Shown: positions 54,403 through 63,190 of the stretch, one piece after another
Layout of the letters: each line of letters starts with the position of its first letter
How positions within the stretch are numbered: the stretch's first letter is position 1
DNA from: Alphaproteobacteria bacterium
GTDB taxonomy: Bacteria > Pseudomonadota > Alphaproteobacteria > CAAHEQ01 > UBA3637
NCBI GenBank assembly: GCA_051885475.1
Contig: JBJEXE010000066.1
Span: forward strand, 1-63,190
Direction of reading: 5' to 3'
DNA length: 63,190 bases
Notes under the pieces: generated by a model
The model's database searches: none
Seen by the model: only the letters and a program-made list of their open reading frames with translations
What the model was told of the DNA's origin: nothing
Made by a program: the position numbers and the translations under genes

Positions 54403-55410
54403 ATGACATTAAAAGTAGCCATCAATGGCTTTGGCCGTATCGGTCGTTTGGTTTATCGTGCTTGGTTGGAATCCGGTCGCACAGACTTGGACATCGTTGC
54501 CATTAATGATTTGGGCGATGCTGCTGCCAACGCTTATTTGTTAAAATACGATTCTGTCCACAGAAAGTTGGATATGGATATTCGCGCTGAAGGCGAATAT
54601 TTGTTGGCCGGCGATAAAAAGACCCGCGTGATTGCGCAACGTGATCCGACACAACTGCCGTGGAAAGAAATGGATATTGATATTGTCTTTGAATGCACAG
54701 GTATCTTTACATCAAAAGAAAAAGCCTCTGTCCATTTAGCAGCCGGAGCCAAACGTGTGTTGGTTTCTGCTCCGTCAGAAGGGGCTGATAAAACCATCGT
54801 GTATGGTGTGAACCAAAATACTTTAACCAAAGAAGACTTGGTCGTTTCCAATGCTTCCTGCACCACCAACTGCTTGGCCCCTGTGGTCTATGTGTTACAA
54901 AAGGCTTTCGGAATTAAACAAGGCTTTATGACCACCATTCACAGCTATACCAATGACCAAAAGATTTTGGATCAATTACATAAGGATTTGTATCGTGCCC
55001 GCGCTGCTGCGATGAGTATGATTCCCACAAAAACAGGTGCCGCAAAAGCAATCGGTTTGGTGATGCCTGAATTGGCCGGTAAATTGGATGGTGTTTCCAT
55101 TCGTGTGCCGACACCGGATGTTTCCTTGGTGGATGCTAACCTGATTATGGAAAAAGAAATCACCGTTGATGAAGTCAACGCTGCCATGAAAGCCGCCGCC
55201 GAAGGTGAATTAAAGGGCGTGTTGGGCTATAATACAGAAAAATTGGTCAGCATTGATTTTACACACGATGCACATTCTTCCACCTTTGATGCCAACGGCA
55301 CAAAAGTAATGGGTGGAACTCAATTGCGTGTGATGAGCTGGTACGACAACGAATGGGGATTTTCCAATCGTATGTTGGATACAGCCGTTGCTATGGGCAA
55401 ATTGTTGTAA
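54403..55410 (+). CDS. gap: glyceraldehyde-3-phosphate dehydrogenase
   Basis: INGFGRIGR and the active site SNASCTTNCLAP. Confidence 0.95.
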   Translation: MTLKVAINGFGRIGRLVYRAWLESGRTDLDIVAINDLGDAAANAYLLKYDSVHRKLDMDIRAEGEYLLAGDKKTRVIAQRDPTQLPWKEMDIDIVFECTGIFTSKEKASVHLAAGAKRVLVSAPSEGADKTIVYGVNQNTLTKEDLVVSNASCTTNCLAPVVYVLQKAFGIKQGFMTTIHSYTNDQKILDQLHKDLYRARAAAMSMIPTKTGAAKAIGLVMPELAGKLDGVSIRVPTPDVSLVDANLIMEKEITVDEVNAAMKAAAEGELKGVLGYNTEKLVSIDFTHDAHSSTFDANGTKVMGGTQLRVMSWYDNEWGFSNRMLDTAVAMGKLL

Positions 55411-55426
55411 GAAAAACAAAGGAAAA

Positions 55427-55457
55427 AGCACCCTTGATTTTCAGGGGTGCTTTTTTA
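55427..55457 (+). terminator. rho-independent terminator of gap
   Basis: AGCACCC-loop-GGGGTGCT followed by TTTTTT. Confidence 0.65.
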
Positions 55458-55458
55458 T

Positions 55459-55487
55459 TTGCAATTGTGAAAAAATTTTGATAAAAT
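55459..55487 (+). promoter_or_regulatory. sigma70-like promoter driving the structured leader / ParB-like gene
   Basis: TTGCAA, 17 nt, TAAAAT. Confidence 0.4.
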
Positions 55488-55655
55488 GGCCTGGCATACG
55501 GCGATTCCGTATGTGGAGGCCTAGAAACCCCAACGCCTGGTTGTCTTATAAGACATAAAATTTCCAACTGACTCTATCGGTTGGAAGATCGCAAAATAAA
55601 TGGAAACACGAATATGCGATGCTATTCCGAGCGATAGTTTTCTAGCTTCCAACCG
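55488..55655 (+). other. structured untranslated leader or small RNA with mutually exclusive helices and a tRNA-Leu-like fragment
   Basis: Hairpin at 55488-55521 (GGCC..CATACGG/CCGTATG..GGCC). Palindrome GTCTTATAAGAC. TTCCAAC (55562-68) pairs with GTTGGAA (55580-86), while GGTTGGAAG (55579-87) can alternatively pair with CTTCCAACC (55647-55). Confidence 0.35.
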
Positions 55656-55699
55656 CCACTCATCAAGGCGATTTTTATTTTCAAAAAGGAAACCGGAAA

Positions 55700-56254
55700 A
55701 TGAAACTAATAAAATTAAAGAAGAAAAAAGATAGATTTGAAATCTATTTATTCGGAAGCAAAATCATTTTTTATCGTTATTTTAGAATTTTAAGAGAAAT
55801 TTTCTTAATGGTTCATTATAATCAGTTAAAAGAAACATTAAAAACAAAGTTCAACATCACTCTTCCCAAAGAAGCCTATCATCATTTATCAGGGGATGTA
55901 GAATTGGTGGAAGTTCCTTTAAAAGAGTTACGTATTCCATGCGGGCACAGAAAAACATGCACTATTCCTGAAACTTCTGTCTATAAGTTTTTGGAATCAA
56001 AAGGAAAAATGGATTATGATTACAGGCTTCCCGATTATTATTCCGAAGCAAATGTTTTTATTCCAGCAGAGAAAAAAGACACGCTTAAAAGGATGGAAAA
56101 TTTGGTTATTTCTTTGGCCGAAAAGTATGATCCATCCAAATGCGCGATCACTGTTCGCAAAAATAACACCGTGATTGATGGCCAACATAGAGCCGCTGCT
56201 TTATATTATAAATACGGCAAAGAGTATAAAATTTTAGTTGTGAGAGAAAGATGA
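55700..56254 (+). CDS. ParB/sulfiredoxin-fold, DGQHR-motif protein (hypothetical)
   Basis: The C-terminal NNTVIDGQHRAAALYYKYG is a ParB-N / DGQHR-type motif. The start is uncertain; an internal Met at MVHYNQL is possible. The gene ends 5 nt from the tRNA-Leu 3' end. Confidence 0.45.
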   Translation: MKLIKLKKKKDRFEIYLFGSKIIFYRYFRILREIFLMVHYNQLKETLKTKFNITLPKEAYHHLSGDVELVEVPLKELRIPCGHRKTCTIPETSVYKFLESKGKMDYDYRLPDYYSEANVFIPAEKKDTLKRMENLVISLAEKYDPSKCAITVRKNNTVIDGQHRAAALYYKYGKEYKILVVRER

Positions 56255-56258
56255 TTTT

Positions 56259-56341
56259 TGGTGCGGGCGGAGGGACTTGAACCCCCACGCTTGAGGCATT
56301 GGCTTCTAAGACCAACGTGTCTACCATTCCACCACGCCCGC
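56259..56341 (-). tRNA. tRNA-Leu (anticodon UAG), CCA encoded
   Basis: The reverse complement GCGGGCG..GTGGAATGGTAGACAC..CTTAGAA..GGTTCAAGTCC..CGCCCGCACCA folds as a class II tRNA. Confidence 0.85.
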
Positions 56342-56352
56342 AACAAGGGTCA

Positions 56353-56380
56353 TTATAATAAAAATAAAGTAAAAATTCAA
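56353..56380 (-). promoter_or_regulatory. sigma70-like promoter of tRNA-Leu(UAG)
   Basis: On the minus strand: TTGAAT, 16 nt, TATAAT. Confidence 0.45.
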
Positions 56381-56384
56381 GTAC

Positions 56385-56411
56385 AAAAAAAGCCCGTCCT
56401 TAAAGACGGGC
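56385..56411 (-). terminator. rho-independent terminator of the rplU-rpmA operon
   Basis: The minus strand reads GCCCGTC-loop-GACGGGC followed by TTTTTTT. Confidence 0.6.
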
Positions 56412-56417
56412 CTGATT

Positions 56418-56612
56418 TTAATCTTTCACATTCACCGGCATATTGATACCGTTAAACCACATGGGCATAAACCTGTCATGCTCATCCCGTTCACATCCAC
56501 GATGTTTGGCAACCAAACGGGGTTTTTGAGCTTTAAAGACAGCCGCATTCTGCTCCTCGCCAATCCCCTCCAAATGGATGGGAAGCGGTGCAACAGAGAC
56601 ATTATTAGTCAT
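56418..56612 (-). CDS. hypothetical small protein downstream of rpmA
   Basis: 64-aa ORF lying 9 nt after the rpmA stop and upstream of the operon terminator. No motif recognised. Confidence 0.3.
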   Translation of the reverse strand: MTNNVSVAPLPIHLEGIGEEQNAAVFKAQKPRLVAKHRGCERDEHDRFMPMWFNGINMPVNVKD

Positions 56613-56621
56613 AAAAGCTCC

Positions 56622-56876
56622 TTACTTTGTCACCACAGACACATAGGTCCGGTTTTTAACAGAATGTTTAAATTCAACAACACCATCAGCCGTTGCATAA
56701 ATCGTATGATCCACGCCCATCCCGACATTTTCACCAGGATAATATTGCGTCCCACGTTGACGGATAATAATGTTTCCGGCGATAACAGACTGACCACCTG
56801 ACTTTTTTAAACCTAACCGACGACCGGCAGAGTCTTGTGAGTTTTTAACGGAACCGCCCGCTTTTTTATGAGCCAT
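56622..56876 (-). CDS. rpmA: 50S ribosomal protein L27
   Basis: [33 protein letters not shown]. Confidence 0.95.
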   Translation of the reverse strand: MAHKKAGGSVKNSQDSAGRRLGLKKSGGQSVIAGNIIIRQRGTQYYPGENVGMGVDHTIYATADGVVEFKHSVKNRTYVSVVTK

Positions 56877-56888
56877 TTCAAATTCTCC

Positions 56889-57188
56889 TTATGCTTTAAT
56901 ATCCAAAATTTTAATCAAAGTCAATTGTTGACGATGACCATTCTTACGTTTATAACCGTGGCGACGTTTCTTTTTAAAGACCAACACCTTTTCATCACGC
57001 ACCTGACGAACGATTTCGGCAGCGACCGTTGCCCCAGCCAAAGTGGGGGTCCCCACTTTACCGTCAGCCATCAACACTTCAGTGATGGTCAACTTATCGC
57101 CGGCTTTGCCTTCTAATTTATCAACAGCCAAAACATCGTCTTTTTGGACTTTGAATTGCTTTCCGCCTGTTTTAATAATCGCAAACAT
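56889..57188 (-). CDS. rplU: 50S ribosomal protein L21
   Basis: MFAIIKTGGKQFKVQKDDVL.VDKL ... KKRRHGYKRKNGHRQ. Confidence 0.95.
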   Translation of the reverse strand: MFAIIKTGGKQFKVQKDDVLAVDKLEGKAGDKLTITEVLMADGKVGTPTLAGATVAAEIVRQVRDEKVLVFKKKRRHGYKRKNGHRQQLTLIKILDIKA

Positions 57189-57225
57189 TTGTTATCCTTT
57201 TCTTAAAATAAAACTATGAAGCGTA

Positions 57226-57254
57226 TTTATACCCGATTTTAATGCTTTTGTCAA
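57226..57254 (-). promoter_or_regulatory. sigma70-like promoter of rplU-rpmA
   Basis: On the minus strand: TTGACA, 17 nt, TATAAA. Confidence 0.5.
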
Positions 57255-57295
57255 GAAAAAAAAGAAAATTTTTTATATTTTTTTAGAAAAAAGAC

Positions 57296-57324
57296 TTGCA
57301 TTTTCTAAAAAAGGTTGGTATAAT
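57296..57324 (+). promoter_or_regulatory. sigma70-like promoter of tRNA-Arg
   Basis: TTGCAT, 17 nt, TATAAT, ending 13 nt before the tRNA. Confidence 0.55.
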
Positions 57325-57337
57325 GGGCATCACTGAC

Positions 57338-57414
57338 GCGCTCGTAGCTCAACTGGATAGAGCATCTGACTACGGATCAGAAGGCTGTGAGTTCGAATCC
57401 CGCCGAGCGCACCA
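57338..57414 (+). tRNA. tRNA-Arg (anticodon ACG), CCA encoded
   Basis: Acceptor GCGCTCG/CGAGCGC, D-loop AGCTCAACTGGATAGAGC, anticodon loop CTACGGA, T-loop TTCGAAT. Confidence 0.85.
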
Positions 57415-57419
57415 TAAAA

Positions 57420-57443
57420 AACCGCTTCTCAGCGGTTATTTTT
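57420..57443 (+). terminator. terminator after tRNA-Arg
   Basis: AACCGCT-TCTC-AGCGGTT followed by ATTTTT. Confidence 0.55.
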
Positions 57444-57458
57444 ATCAAAAGGAACCGA

Positions 57459-57740
57459 ATGACTCTTTCTTATAAACAACAATTAAAAAAAAATCAATAT
57501 ATCAAAAAATTAAACCGTGTTAAAAAATTTGAAATCATCAATCGCCTGTTATGTTATGCATGCGTGTTTCCTTTTTTCCACACAGCCGCTTGTTTAGGCC
57601 AACAAAAAGAGGTCCCTGTAGTGGATACAGTCGGAAGCATCGGTTTAGTTTTATCAGCAGCTTCTGCTGTCAAATTGCAAAATAAAGAAGAAGAACTGAC
57701 CGAAAAAATAAGCAGAATCAAAGCCTTGGAAAGAGGTTAA
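57459..57740 (+). CDS. hypothetical small membrane protein
   Basis: 93-aa ORF starting at MTLSYKQ after an AAAAGGA RBS, with one hydrophobic segment. The 5' part of the track ORF (from 57387) overlaps the tRNA and was discarded. Confidence 0.3.
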   Translation: MTLSYKQQLKKNQYIKKLNRVKKFEIINRLLCYACVFPFFHTAACLGQQKEVPVVDTVGSIGLVLSAASAVKLQNKEEELTEKISRIKALERG

Positions 57741-58567
57741 AATAAGTCCTCGGGGTTGAGACGTACCCCATACCACGAAAGGCCAAAATGTAAATGAGGC
57801 CCCGTTGCGCGTCCTGTGGAACCAACAGCTGCAATCATTTCACCAGATTTTACCGATTGTCCCGGTTTGACATCTATCCGCGATAAATGACAATAGGTCG
57901 TATAAATTCCAGAACCATGGTCAATCAAAACAGTCGCCCCCGTATAGAACATATCCGGATGAGTCAGAACCACTTTGCCATCAGCTGCGGCCAAGACAGG
58001 CGTTCCTTCTGGAGCAGCGTAATCCGTGCCGGAATGACCCTGCGTTAGCGTCCCATTTAAAACACGACGAGCGCCAAAGGGACTGGAAACACGGGTAAAA
58101 TTTTGGACTGGCAGCGTCCATTTTCGGGCCAGCTGAGGATAATCAGAAACCTTCCGTTTTTCACGCATCAATAAAATTTCCGATAAAATGCGGTCTTGTT
58201 CTTCCTGAGGCGGAATCACTTTTTTTGGGGGAAGACCATTCACAATATCTTCTTTCCAGAGACGTTTTTGAACGGGAAAATCATAGTTTTTTAAGCCAGC
58301 CTGCGTTTTTAAAGTCAATTTTAAATCGTTTGCATCTTGTGGAATTCCAAGGACAAAATGCCCTTTATCCGTGGGAATTTCAAAAAGGCCCGTTTTTTCC
58401 CCGATTCTGCGGTCAGCATTGGCGATAAAGAGTTGATGATTCGGCTTAATACGTCCATAAACCAAGCGCCCATCCATTAAGGGTTGGTCAAAAGTAATCA
58501 GTTCCGTGGGCTTTGATGTTTGGCAAGCCGACAAAAAAAAGAGTAAAGGGAAAAGAAGTTTTTTCAT
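57737..58567 (-). CDS. M23-family (LytM-type) metallopeptidase lipoprotein
   Basis: LSAC lipobox (MKKLLFPLLFFLSACQ) and catalytic motifs HSGTDYAAP and GPHLHFGL. Confidence 0.85.
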   Translation of the reverse strand: MKKLLFPLLFFLSACQTSKPTELITFDQPLMDGRLVYGRIKPNHQLFIANADRRIGEKTGLFEIPTDKGHFVLGIPQDANDLKLTLKTQAGLKNYDFPVQKRLWKEDIVNGLPPKKVIPPQEEQDRILSEILLMREKRKVSDYPQLARKWTLPVQNFTRVSSPFGARRVLNGTLTQGHSGTDYAAPEGTPVLAAADGKVVLTHPDMFYTGATVLIDHGSGIYTTYCHLSRIDVKPGQSVKSGEMIAAVGSTGRATGPHLHFGLSWYGVRLNPEDLF

Positions 58568-58611
58568 AAAGTCTTTATAACTGATTTTTTCCAAAAGAGC
58601 AAGAACCTCTC

Positions 58612-60406
<1,795 letters not shown>

Positions 60407-61465
60407 TTATCCTCCCATCACACCACTCATCAACTGAATTGTTTCAGTTGTAATTTTATCTTGGCGCAAATGACGATATTCACGCGCCAAATTATCCAAC
60501 ATTTCATTCGCGTTATGTGTGGCATTATCCATCGCCATCAAACGAGCCGCTTCATCGCAGACACTGCTTTCCAGCAAAATCGTATGCACATACGCTGTTA
60601 AATAAATCGGCAACATCTGATTCAATAGGGCAACATCTGAGGGTTCGTAATCATAGGCGTCTGGCCGGCGTGTCGTCGCGTGCAAAATTTCCAAATTTAA
60701 TTGTCCCCATGGACCTGTCCAATTTTTATGACCGACAGCTTGATAAAAGGAGCTGGCTTGAAAAGCCGGTTTAGATTTTCCAAAGACATCTTTGTGACGA
60801 TACCCTTCTTCGGGACGAATCAAAAAAGCCCACGGATTTTCGTTTTCATATTCGTGATTGGGAATCAGTTGACGAATGGTGGGGTGTTGAACGGCCATAT
60901 TTTCAAAGTGGTTATAAACCGTCAAACAAGTATCTATACGCCCTTCTTGGAAAGCCTGAATCAAATCCGATACCAAACGACCGGCGGACAAATACCCCTG
61001 CTCTTTTTCCAGTTTTTTTCGGGGAATCAGGTGAATTTTTAAATTGGGAAAAGTGTTCTTTAAAAAGCTGTCTCCTTTTGTCCCAAAACTGACAATTTGC
61101 ACTTCTTTTTGTTGTTCTAAAAGTGTGTTGATGAGCTCTTGTGTTTTTTGTAAAACACTGACAATATTATCGCCCCCAAAACCGGTATCCGAGGTAACAG
61201 CCACCACCGTGTACTTTTTATCGTGGCCGTTGCCGGTTAAAAGCGCAGGAAGTAAACTCTTTCCAGAAGATTCCTGACGCACAGAAACAGCACGAACCAA
61301 CCGGCGCATAATCCTGTCCGTTTCGGTAAGATACGGCATTTCCTGTAAAAGACGTGCGTGTTTTTTCTTTAACTTGGCAAAAGCAACCATTTTCATCGTG
61401 GAAGTCATTTGACGCGTCTGTGTCACAGAAGTTATCCGATTCCGGAGCTGTTTCATTGAGGACAT
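60407..61465 (-). CDS. atpG: F0F1 ATP synthase subunit gamma (with an insertion of about 50 aa)
   Basis: N-terminal LRNRI.SV..T.Q.T..M.MVA..KL and C-terminal ITTE..Q..SG helices. 352 aa against about 290 typical. Confidence 0.9.
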   Translation of the reverse strand: MSSMKQLRNRITSVTQTRQMTSTMKMVAFAKLKKKHARLLQEMPYLTETDRIMRRLVRAVSVRQESSGKSLLPALLTGNGHDKKYTVVAVTSDTGFGGDNIVSVLQKTQELINTLLEQQKEVQIVSFGTKGDSFLKNTFPNLKIHLIPRKKLEKEQGYLSAGRLVSDLIQAFQEGRIDTCLTVYNHFENMAVQHPTIRQLIPNHEYENENPWAFLIRPEEGYRHKDVFGKSKPAFQASSFYQAVGHKNWTGPWGQLNLEILHATTRRPDAYDYEPSDVALLNQMLPIYLTAYVHTILLESSVCDEAARLMAMDNATHNANEMLDNLAREYRHLRQDKITTETIQLMSGVMGG

Positions 61466-63190
61466 TAGTTTTCCCCCTTAAAGAGGGGAATTTCCTCTTG
61501 AATCAATTTTTCAAGGGCCGTTGTTTCTTCGCTAGACAAATCCCCCTGCGTGTTTAAATGATGTCCCCATTCAGGATGGAGAGCCAACGCCTTTTGTCGC
61601 AAATGGGTGGCAAAAGAAGAAACTTTATCAACAGGGAGTTGATCCAAATGACCTTGGACACCGGCAAACAAAGGAAGAGCTTCTTCAGCCAAAGAAAGGG
61701 GATGATTATTTTTTTGTTTTAAAAGTTCTGTTAAACGAGCTCCGCGTTCCAAAAGTTGGTGTGTGGCCGGGTCCAAATCAGAAGCCAATTGTGAAAAAGA
61801 AAGAACTTCACGATATTGAGCCAATTCCAATTTCAAATGTCCGGAAACACGTTTCATAAAAGCGCTTTGAGCACTGGAACCGATACGGCTGACCGACAAC
61901 CCCACATTGATGGCCGGTTTGATGTTTTGATTAAATAAATCATTATCCAAGTAAATTTGACCATCCGTAATGGAAATAACATTCGTTGGAATATAGGCAG
62001 ATAAATCCCCTTCTTGCGTTTCAATAACGGGAATGGCCGTCAAAGAACCGCTGCCTTTTTCCTGATTCAACTGGGCCGCCCGTTCCAACAAACGAGAGTG
62101 CAAATAAAATACATCCCCCGGGTAGGCTTCACGACCAGCAGGACGCTTTAACAAAAGCGACATTTCACGGTAAGCAACCGCATGCTTGGACAAGTCATCA
62201 TAAAACACAATGGCGTGCATCCCGTTGTCACGGAAATATTCCGCAATCGTAGAGCCCGCATAAGGAGCCAAATACCGCAAACAAGCGCTATCAGAGGCCG
62301 AGGCAGAAATAATACACGTATAATCCAGCGCATCATTTTTTTTGAGTTCTTGCATCAAATGGCGCACAGAGGAATGTTTTTGCCCAATAGCCACATAAAT
62401 ACAAAAAAGTTTTTCGGATAAACTTTTGCCTTTGTTATTGCGTTCACGCTGGGCCAAAATGGTATCCAAAATCAAAGAAGTTTTGCCCGTTTGGCGGTCC
62501 CCGATAATCAGTTCCCGCTGCCCACGACCAATCGGAATCAAGGCATCAACGGCCGTAATCCCCGTATGAACAGGATAAGCAACAGGATGACGTGCGATAA
62601 TATCCGGGGCGGGTTGCATCAAAGGCTTTTCATTTGTGCTGACCAGCGCCTTACCATCCAAGGGTTTGCCAAGAGGATCAAGGACGCGCCCCAACACGGA
62701 AAGTCCCGTCGGAATTGTTAAAACAGCATTTGTGCGATAAGCGGCCTCCTCTTCTTGAACTTTATTCCCCCCTTCAATCAAACACACGTCCACCGAGTCT
62801 TCATTTAAATTCATCACCATCCCCGTGGCGCCGCTTTCAAAAACAATTTTTTCACCCGATTGAACAGAGGGAAGACCCACGATATGCGCAACAGAATCTT
62901 GGAGTGATTCAACACGACCCACTTCGGTTAAAAGAGCCCGATCCGGCCAATCAGACATTTTTTTCAAAAGGTGAGCCGGAATCTTTTTAACCGGAATTTC
63001 ATTTAAATTTTCTTGCTGGGCTTGACGCCGGACAGACTGCCATTTTCCCAAAAGGGAATCATCCAAAATAACCGAACCGAAACGAACTTTAATGCCCCCT
63101 GCCAAATCCGGATTGAGCGCGAAATAACACACAACTTTTCGGGGAAGAAGTTTTTCCTTAATAACAGCCGCCAAATGTGTTTGTTGGCCT
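61465..63190 (-). CDS. atpA: ATP synthase subunit alpha, in frame with and not separated by a stop from the C-terminal end of subunit delta (OSCP); open to the window edge
   Basis: Alpha motifs GDRQTGKT, the ATP synthase signature and ITDGQIYL are present. The first roughly 55 codons upstream (..VVCYFALNPDLAGGIKVRFGSVILDDSLLGKWQSVRRQ) read as the delta C-terminus. The frame stays open back to base 63190. The first in-frame ATG of the alpha part is at 62958. Confidence 0.9.
   Translation of the reverse strand, partial: GQQTHLAAVIKEKLLPRKVVCYFALNPDLAGGIKVRFGSVILDDSLLGKWQSVRRQAQQENLNEIPVKKIPAHLLKKMSDWPDRALLTEVGRVESLQDSVAHIVGLPSVQSGEKIVFESGATGMVMNLNEDSVDVCLIEGGNKVQEEEAAYRTNAVLTIPTGLSVLGRVLDPLGKPLDGKALVSTNEKPLMQPAPDIIARHPVAYPVHTGITAVDALIPIGRGQRELIIGDRQTGKTSLILDTILAQRERNNKGKSLSEKLFCIYVAIGQKHSSVRHLMQELKKNDALDYTCIISASASDSACLRYLAPYAGSTIAEYFRDNGMHAIVFYDDLSKHAVAYREMSLLLKRPAGREAYPGDVFYLHSRLLERAAQLNQEKGSGSLTAIPVIETQEGDLSAYIPTNVISITDGQIYLDNDLFNQNIKPAINVGLSVSRIGSSAQSAFMKRVSGHLKLELAQYREVLSFSQLASDLDPATHQLLERGARLTELLKQKNNHPLSLAEEALPLFAGVQGHLDQLPVDKVSSFATHLRQKALALHPEWGHHLNTQGDLSSEETTALEKLIQEEIPLFKGEN

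Noticed and set aside
55458-55699. Possible tmRNA (two-piece alphaproteobacterial ssrA), SRP RNA, 6S RNA or RNase P RNA in the structured gap-to-ParB interval
   Set aside because: There is no T-arm (GGTTCGA.TCC) followed by an acceptor strand and CCA. No reading frame gives a tag peptide ending in ..AA. The SRP GGAA/AGCA domain IV motif and the RNase P GAGGAAAGTCC motif are both absent. The region is kept only as an unclassified structured leader.

Overview
The window looks like a low-GC (about 40%), gene-dense chromosomal segment of an alphaproteobacterium, probably an intracellular Rickettsiales- or Holosporales-like organism. Supporting this: GcrA, ChpT, DUF721/DciA, the atpHAGDC gene order, a 17-kDa-antigen-like glycine-zipper lipoprotein, ankyrin and Sel1 repeat proteins, and tandem VirB6-like paralogs. 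Most of the window is housekeeping: fabG, rpsA, gltX, yajC-secD-secF, dksA, secA, sodB, tgt, lepB-rnc-era-recO, xseB-ispA, nth, gcrA, polA, gap, rplU-rpmA and the atp operon. There are four tRNA genes (three Leu isoacceptors and Arg-ACG). I saw no rRNA, CRISPR array, transposase, integrase or prophage genes. The main candidate for something new is a roughly 10-kb minus-strand operon (12647-22916). It holds three translationally coupled VirB6/TrbL-like membrane paralogs that are not linked to any other T4SS gene. Five unrecognisable genes follow them: a dual-HTH regulator, two acidic cytoplasmic proteins, a mini-secretin-like exported protein and a Pro-rich bitopic membrane protein. Other oddities: ATP synthase delta and alpha are in one reading frame with no stop between them. 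A SucC/SucD-like pair lacks its catalytic signatures and sits between cdaA (c-di-AMP synthase) and chpT, translationally coupled to chpT. A giant repeat-bearing ankyrin protein with its own LuxR-type regulator lies next to a tRNA. A ParB/DGQHR-like gene abuts a tRNA-Leu 3' end, with a tRNA-like remnant and a structured leader upstream. All calls come from reading motifs by eye. No database search was run, so family assignments for divergent proteins are hypotheses.
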